DNA from: a virus
IMG/VR virus record: IMGVR_UViG_3300045988_148533
Location: 1-64,000 of that record
DNA length: 64,000 nt
Strand: one strand, 5' to 3'
Both the position numbers and the translations under genes were made by a program. The stretch's first letter is position 1. Every line of letters begins with the position of its first letter. Of this stretch, positions 59,998 to 64,000 are shown one piece after another. A model generated the notes under the pieces. The model was given only the letters and a program-made list of their open reading frames with translations. It had not been told where the DNA came from and made no database searches.

Positions 59998-61578
59998 TTA
60001 CTTCTTTTCAGGTTCTATCGCTATTGCACAGGACGTTGTCAGAAACTGCATTGTGACGGACACGGCATTTTCAAGGGCCACCCTGAACACCTTTGCAGGG
60101 TCAACGATGTTCTCGTCCTGCTCAAGGGTCTCATAGTTCAACCCCTTGTTCTCCTCGTTCATGGACATAACTATGTCATCCTCCGTAAGGGAGGCGTTCA
60201 CTGCAAGCTGATGCAGTATGCCGTACACGGCCTCCATAACGGAGCGATATCCAGCAGTGAAGCTCTCATTCCAGCCACTGTCAATATTCCTGCGAAGCAG
60301 TCCATACACAAGCAGCTGAATAACACCTCCTCCGGGAACAACCCCCTCAGCCACGGCAGCACGAACGGCTGCAACGGCATCGTCAACCCTGTCCTTGCGC
60401 TCGGCCATCTCAACCTCACTCCTTCCTCCTACCGCAATAGTGGCTGCACCGCCTGTGATGTTGGCTATTCTCTCACGACATTTCTCTTTATCGTAGGTAG
60501 AGGAGGCCGTCTCAGCCAGAGCCTCTATCTCGGCCACGGCCCTGTCAACCCTGTCAGCACTGCCACTACCGCCCACGATATTAGTGGAATTGACATTCAC
60601 GACAACCTTGTCAGCCTCGCCGAGGACGCTCATGTCAATGTTGTCAAGGGTGTACCCAGTGCCACTGCCTACCACGTCTCCTCCGGTGCGTGCAGCAAGG
60701 TCACTGAGCAGGTCTTTCTGCATGGAGCCGTATCCGGGAGCCTTCACGAAGCACGCAGACAGACCGTTCTGCTGCCTTACATTTGCCACGATGAACTGCA
60801 TTACATCGGCACTTGCATCCGGAGCAACAATCAGGAGGGAACGCTTCTCGCTGTACACCGTCTGAACTGTCGGCAGGATAGACTGCACATAGTTTATCGG
60901 CTCACTGCTTAATAGAATGTAGGGGTGATGCAGCACGCACTCCATTCTGTCACTGTTGGTTACAAAGTAGGCATTCGTCAACCCCTTGTTCCACTTAAAT
61001 CCGTTGGTGACTGTAACAGTCACACCCTCATCGCTGCCCTCCTCAACGGTAATAACACCGTAGTCACCGACACGGAACAGGGCCTCAGCCACGGCAGCAG
61101 CAGCCTCCTCATCACCGTTGGTGCTTATAAGTGCAACGCTCCTGACGGCATCCACGTCGTCGCCTGCAAGGGGTCTGGCCATGCGCTTGATTTCCTCGAC
61201 GGCAAGACTGAGGGCCTCCTGCATACCCTTGCGAAACTCCCTAACATTCAGCTTCTCTATCCCCATGGAAATGGCATTTCTAAGAATGCCGTCTGTCAGG
61301 ATTGTGGCCGTAGTCGTTCCGTCTCCGGCATCATCACAGGTTCGGGCTGCTGCGAGCTTCAGCATGGTAGCACCCATTCTCCTAACAGGGTCTTCAGTGT
61401 CGTAGGCACGTGCAACGGTCACACCGTCCTTTGTGACATGGGGTATGCCGTACCCCTTGTCTATTATTACATTGTGGCCGTAAGGGCCGAGAGTTGAGCC
61501 GACCGCCTTGGCGACCTCACTTACACCCTCATACAGGGCTGTAAGTGCCTCTCTGTCAAACAGAATCTTTACATTCAT
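59998..61578 (-). CDS. groL: GroEL-like (Cpn60) chaperonin
   Basis: TLGPYGHNVIIDKGYGIPHVTKDGVTVAR...DDAGDGTTTATILT matches the GroEL N-terminal equatorial domain. 526 aa. Confidence 0.85.
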   Translation of the reverse strand: MNVKILFDREALTALYEGVSEVAKAVGSTLGPYGHNVIIDKGYGIPHVTKDGVTVARAYDTEDPVRRMGATMLKLAAARTCDDAGDGTTTATILTDGILRNAISMGIEKLNVREFRKGMQEALSLAVEEIKRMARPLAGDDVDAVRSVALISTNGDEEAAAAVAEALFRVGDYGVITVEEGSDEGVTVTVTNGFKWNKGLTNAYFVTNSDRMECVLHHPYILLSSEPINYVQSILPTVQTVYSEKRSLLIVAPDASADVMQFIVANVRQQNGLSACFVKAPGYGSMQKDLLSDLAARTGGDVVGSGTGYTLDNIDMSVLGEADKVVVNVNSTNIVGGSGSADRVDRAVAEIEALAETASSTYDKEKCRERIANITGGAATIAVGGRSEVEMAERKDRVDDAVAAVRAAVAEGVVPGGGVIQLLVYGLLRRNIDSGWNESFTAGYRSVMEAVYGILHQLAVNASLTEDDIVMSMNEENKGLNYETLEQDENIVDPAKVFRVALENAVSVTMQFLTTSCAIAIEPEKK

Positions 61579-61612
61579 GGGCTTTAATGATTTTATAATG
61601 ATGATACAATAA

Positions 61613-61643
61613 ACGTCTCCCCATTTGGTGAACAGGGAGACGT
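61613..61643 (-). terminator. hairpin terminator after the RNR gene
   Basis: Perfect 9-bp stem ACGTCTCCC/GGGAGACGT with a 13-nt loop, followed on the minus strand by TTTATTGTAT. Confidence 0.5.
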
Positions 61644-61650
61644 CACTGCA

Positions 61651-63987
61651 TTATTTCCGCTTAAATTCAATTTCGCAGCTTCCGCCTGTGCAGGCCGAGG
61701 CCACTTCACTGCCTGCCTCCCTGATTGGCTCGTCCCACTTAATGCTGCTGTAATCCACAGCCCTCATTCTACTTAGGACGCACCATCTGTGCAGAGCGTC
61801 CACGTGCTTCAGACAATGACTGGTTTTAACCCTGTCACCTTCCATGTAGCGGTTAGCAAAATTGTTGAAGCGTCGTATCCAGTCCTTGCGCTTGGCTATC
61901 TTGTTGCGCAGATAGTCCAGCACGCAGTTGATGTCACTGAAGGACACACCGTCTATGCTCGCAATAAAGTGTCCATCTGTTATATTCTCCACAACAAAGG
62001 AGGCTATCTCCTCGTTTGTCATTTCAAGCAAGTTCTGCTTGCGCCCGAGGGCCACCTCACACGCCTCCCATATACTGCTGAATACCTCCAGCGCATCGAC
62101 AATCAGTCCGCTGCTTAGAATAGCTCCACTGCCGTATTCAGCAACAAGCTCTTCCTCCGAGAGCACCTCCATGAACGGAGCCTGTGGGTAGTCAAGGTCT
62201 CCAGTTGCAGGCAGGAGGCTGACACCGCTGAAATTGTTCCTGTTTTCCCATAGGAACTCTCTAACGTCACCCCATTCGCCCTCACGAACAACGCACGTAT
62301 TTGAAACATTCATGCTTAGCTTAGGTGTGGCAAGGGTTGAGGGGTGCTCGGGGTTCCTACCGCAGTCTATCCAGTTGCGCTTGGTAAGCAGCACCACGTC
62401 CCTCAGGAACTGAACAGCAGTCAGATTCTTCTTAATAAGCGTATTTTCCGGCAGTGTTACAGGGAAGGATATCACCTTTTCCATCGTGGGGTTCCACACG
62501 CTCGGCTCAACCGCCTCGGGATTCACCCTTTCAAACTCCTGTAGACACTGCTCCGTGTCATTGGCCTGTATATGCCGTATGTAATGTCTGCTGTGTCCTG
62601 GAGTTATACCGCTTAAAGTACCCAACAGCTGACTGCTGTTTCCCGAGGGCTTCACGACTGTGCATCGTGCAGCCGGACTGATGTGCAGCAGCTTGGCCAG
62701 TGTCTCATTCGTCCTGCGCACTATCATCGCACCGTTGCTCTGTATGTCAGGATTCAGCAATATATCTGGGTTCTCACATATACCTGTTATCCCGACTCCT
62801 ATCAGGGCATCTCTCCGTGCTATCCTCTCCGACCATTCGGTGAGCATAGGAGCAAAGTCGGTGTATCCAGCCTGAAGTGTGGCTATAATCGCAGCTGCCT
62901 CACAGGCCAGATAGAAGTCGTTCTCAGTCTTGACCTTGCCACCGTTTATCTCCACTAAGTTGCAGAAGCCCCACCCACTGTGCCATTCACCACTATCATC
63001 CTGATACTTAGGGAATAAGCCTACCTCTGCGCAGGGATTCAGGATAAAATCAGGACTTTCCAGAAATACAAATCCGGGCTCTCCGTATGCCTTTACACTC
63101 TCAAATATCCTGTCAAACTGTTCCTTAGGAGTGTCAGGCAGGATAACAGCGGAATTATTGCAGCGACACAGTTCTGGCATTGTCTCCATCCAATTGCCTG
63201 TCTTGCAGTTAGCCATCTCAGCATCGTCGGCATCGAATAAACTAATCATCGCACTACGACGCACCCCACCGCTGACAACGGCATTGGCACAGATGCACAT
63301 TATATGGTGAACCTCAAAGGGCGTCAGCCTCCTGCCTCTAATTCCTCTCAGAACGGAGAAAATTTTATCCAGTGCTCTTTTCAGAGGTAAGTGTCCGGGA
63401 GCCCTGAAGCCTCCTCTTATATAAGCCCCTTTCGGGCGAATAAGAGAATAATCATAGTCAGGTACACCATAGCCGAAGAAAAAGCTCCTCATCATGGCAT
63501 CCACGGCCTCGGCCCACCCCTCTATTGTATCGGGTATTACAACCTTGCTCCTCTCGGACATATTGAATCCTACTGCAATAGGCAGCTTCTCAACGTGTCG
63601 CTTCTGCACGCTGTATCCAGTGCCTGCACCGCACAGCAGCAGATATGTCAGTTCCTTGAACACCTCCACTCTGTCCGCATAGGTTCCGGCACAGTTATAC
63701 ATTCGTGGGTGCTTCTCAAGCAGCAGCTCGCCTCCGTACTGAAGAGCTCTCTGCGCACCCAGAATTCTCTTTTCCATGTAGGCTGCTCCGGCCAGTGTCA
63801 TGTAATTCTTAAGGTAGGTGATTTCCTTGGGGTCAAGACGCCTGCTGTAATATGCAAGGTGCATATCAAGCACCCTGCGAACAGCCTCCTGCCATGTTTC
63901 CTTTTTTCCAGTGTTCCTGTTGAATTTTGAATACTTGCTTAGGAAGACATACTGTCCTATTTCCCCTCTACTGTCAATTGGCTTCAT
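61651..63987 (-). CDS. nrdJ: ribonucleotide reductase, class II (adenosylcobalamin-dependent)-like
   Basis: 778 aa. N-terminal YSKFNRNTGKKETWQEAVRRV, active-site ILNPCAEVGL and GFCNLVEIN, C-terminal redox pair ACTGGSCE. No ATP-cone or adjacent beta-subunit gene was seen in the window. Confidence 0.7.
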   Translation of the reverse strand: MKPIDSRGEIGQYVFLSKYSKFNRNTGKKETWQEAVRRVLDMHLAYYSRRLDPKEITYLKNYMTLAGAAYMEKRILGAQRALQYGGELLLEKHPRMYNCAGTYADRVEVFKELTYLLLCGAGTGYSVQKRHVEKLPIAVGFNMSERSKVVIPDTIEGWAEAVDAMMRSFFFGYGVPDYDYSLIRPKGAYIRGGFRAPGHLPLKRALDKIFSVLRGIRGRRLTPFEVHHIMCICANAVVSGGVRRSAMISLFDADDAEMANCKTGNWMETMPELCRCNNSAVILPDTPKEQFDRIFESVKAYGEPGFVFLESPDFILNPCAEVGLFPKYQDDSGEWHSGWGFCNLVEINGGKVKTENDFYLACEAAAIIATLQAGYTDFAPMLTEWSERIARRDALIGVGITGICENPDILLNPDIQSNGAMIVRRTNETLAKLLHISPAARCTVVKPSGNSSQLLGTLSGITPGHSRHYIRHIQANDTEQCLQEFERVNPEAVEPSVWNPTMEKVISFPVTLPENTLIKKNLTAVQFLRDVVLLTKRNWIDCGRNPEHPSTLATPKLSMNVSNTCVVREGEWGDVREFLWENRNNFSGVSLLPATGDLDYPQAPFMEVLSEEELVAEYGSGAILSSGLIVDALEVFSSIWEACEVALGRKQNLLEMTNEEIASFVVENITDGHFIASIDGVSFSDINCVLDYLRNKIAKRKDWIRRFNNFANRYMEGDRVKTSHCLKHVDALHRWCVLSRMRAVDYSSIKWDEPIREAGSEVASACTGGSCEIEFKRK

Positions 63988-64000
63988 AAATTACTGTTTA

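Noticed and set aside
59935-61497. 325-aa and 190-aa plus-strand ORFs
   Set aside because: They are antisense to the GroEL-like gene, whose identity is unambiguous.
1-64000. Integrase/attP, terminase large subunit, tRNA genes
   Set aside because: None were recognised. No ORF shows tyrosine or serine recombinase motifs or terminase Walker-A/nuclease motifs. The terminase presumably lies outside the window. Absence by eye is not proof.

Overview
This window looks like part of a large contractile-tailed phage genome whose host is probably a Bacteroidota bacterium. The host inference rests on many TAnnTTTG -7 promoter boxes, no Shine-Dalgarno dependence, and BACON-like and Listeria-Bacteroides repeat modules.

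- **1..33613, almost all minus strand:** a structural module. It runs baseplate J-like, baseplate proteins, tape measure, chaperones, tube, sheath, a BACON/repeat adhesin-like cluster, neck genes, major capsid, scaffold, HK97-type protease, Nudix-domain protein, MuF-like protein, portal, and two putative ejected effector-like proteins.
- **33614..35046:** an iteron-type replication origin with a Rep_3-like initiator.
- **35084..63987:** an early/auxiliary region. It encodes a papain C1A peptidase, lysis candidates, HU, a glucosaminidase endolysin, PNKP-type phosphatases, an ECF-type sigma factor, Dps, a GroEL-like chaperonin and a class II ribonucleotide reductase. Transcription appears to come from a family of near-identical promoters.

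The most interesting signal is at 36862..39957. A promoter plus a BACON-coding 5-prime exon is bounded by an inverted 19-nt core. That core recurs in front of two promoterless, start-less homologous cassettes, which suggests a shufflon-like switch with three C-terminal variants.

Other signals are exact N- and C-terminal module duplications in the adhesin-like cluster, a 739-nt ORF-free strand-asymmetric region downstream of the sigma gene, and papain-fold and Nudix domains in the head module.

No tRNA, rRNA, CRISPR array, integrase or terminase was recognised. All calls are by eye from the sequence and ORF track, and no searches were run.
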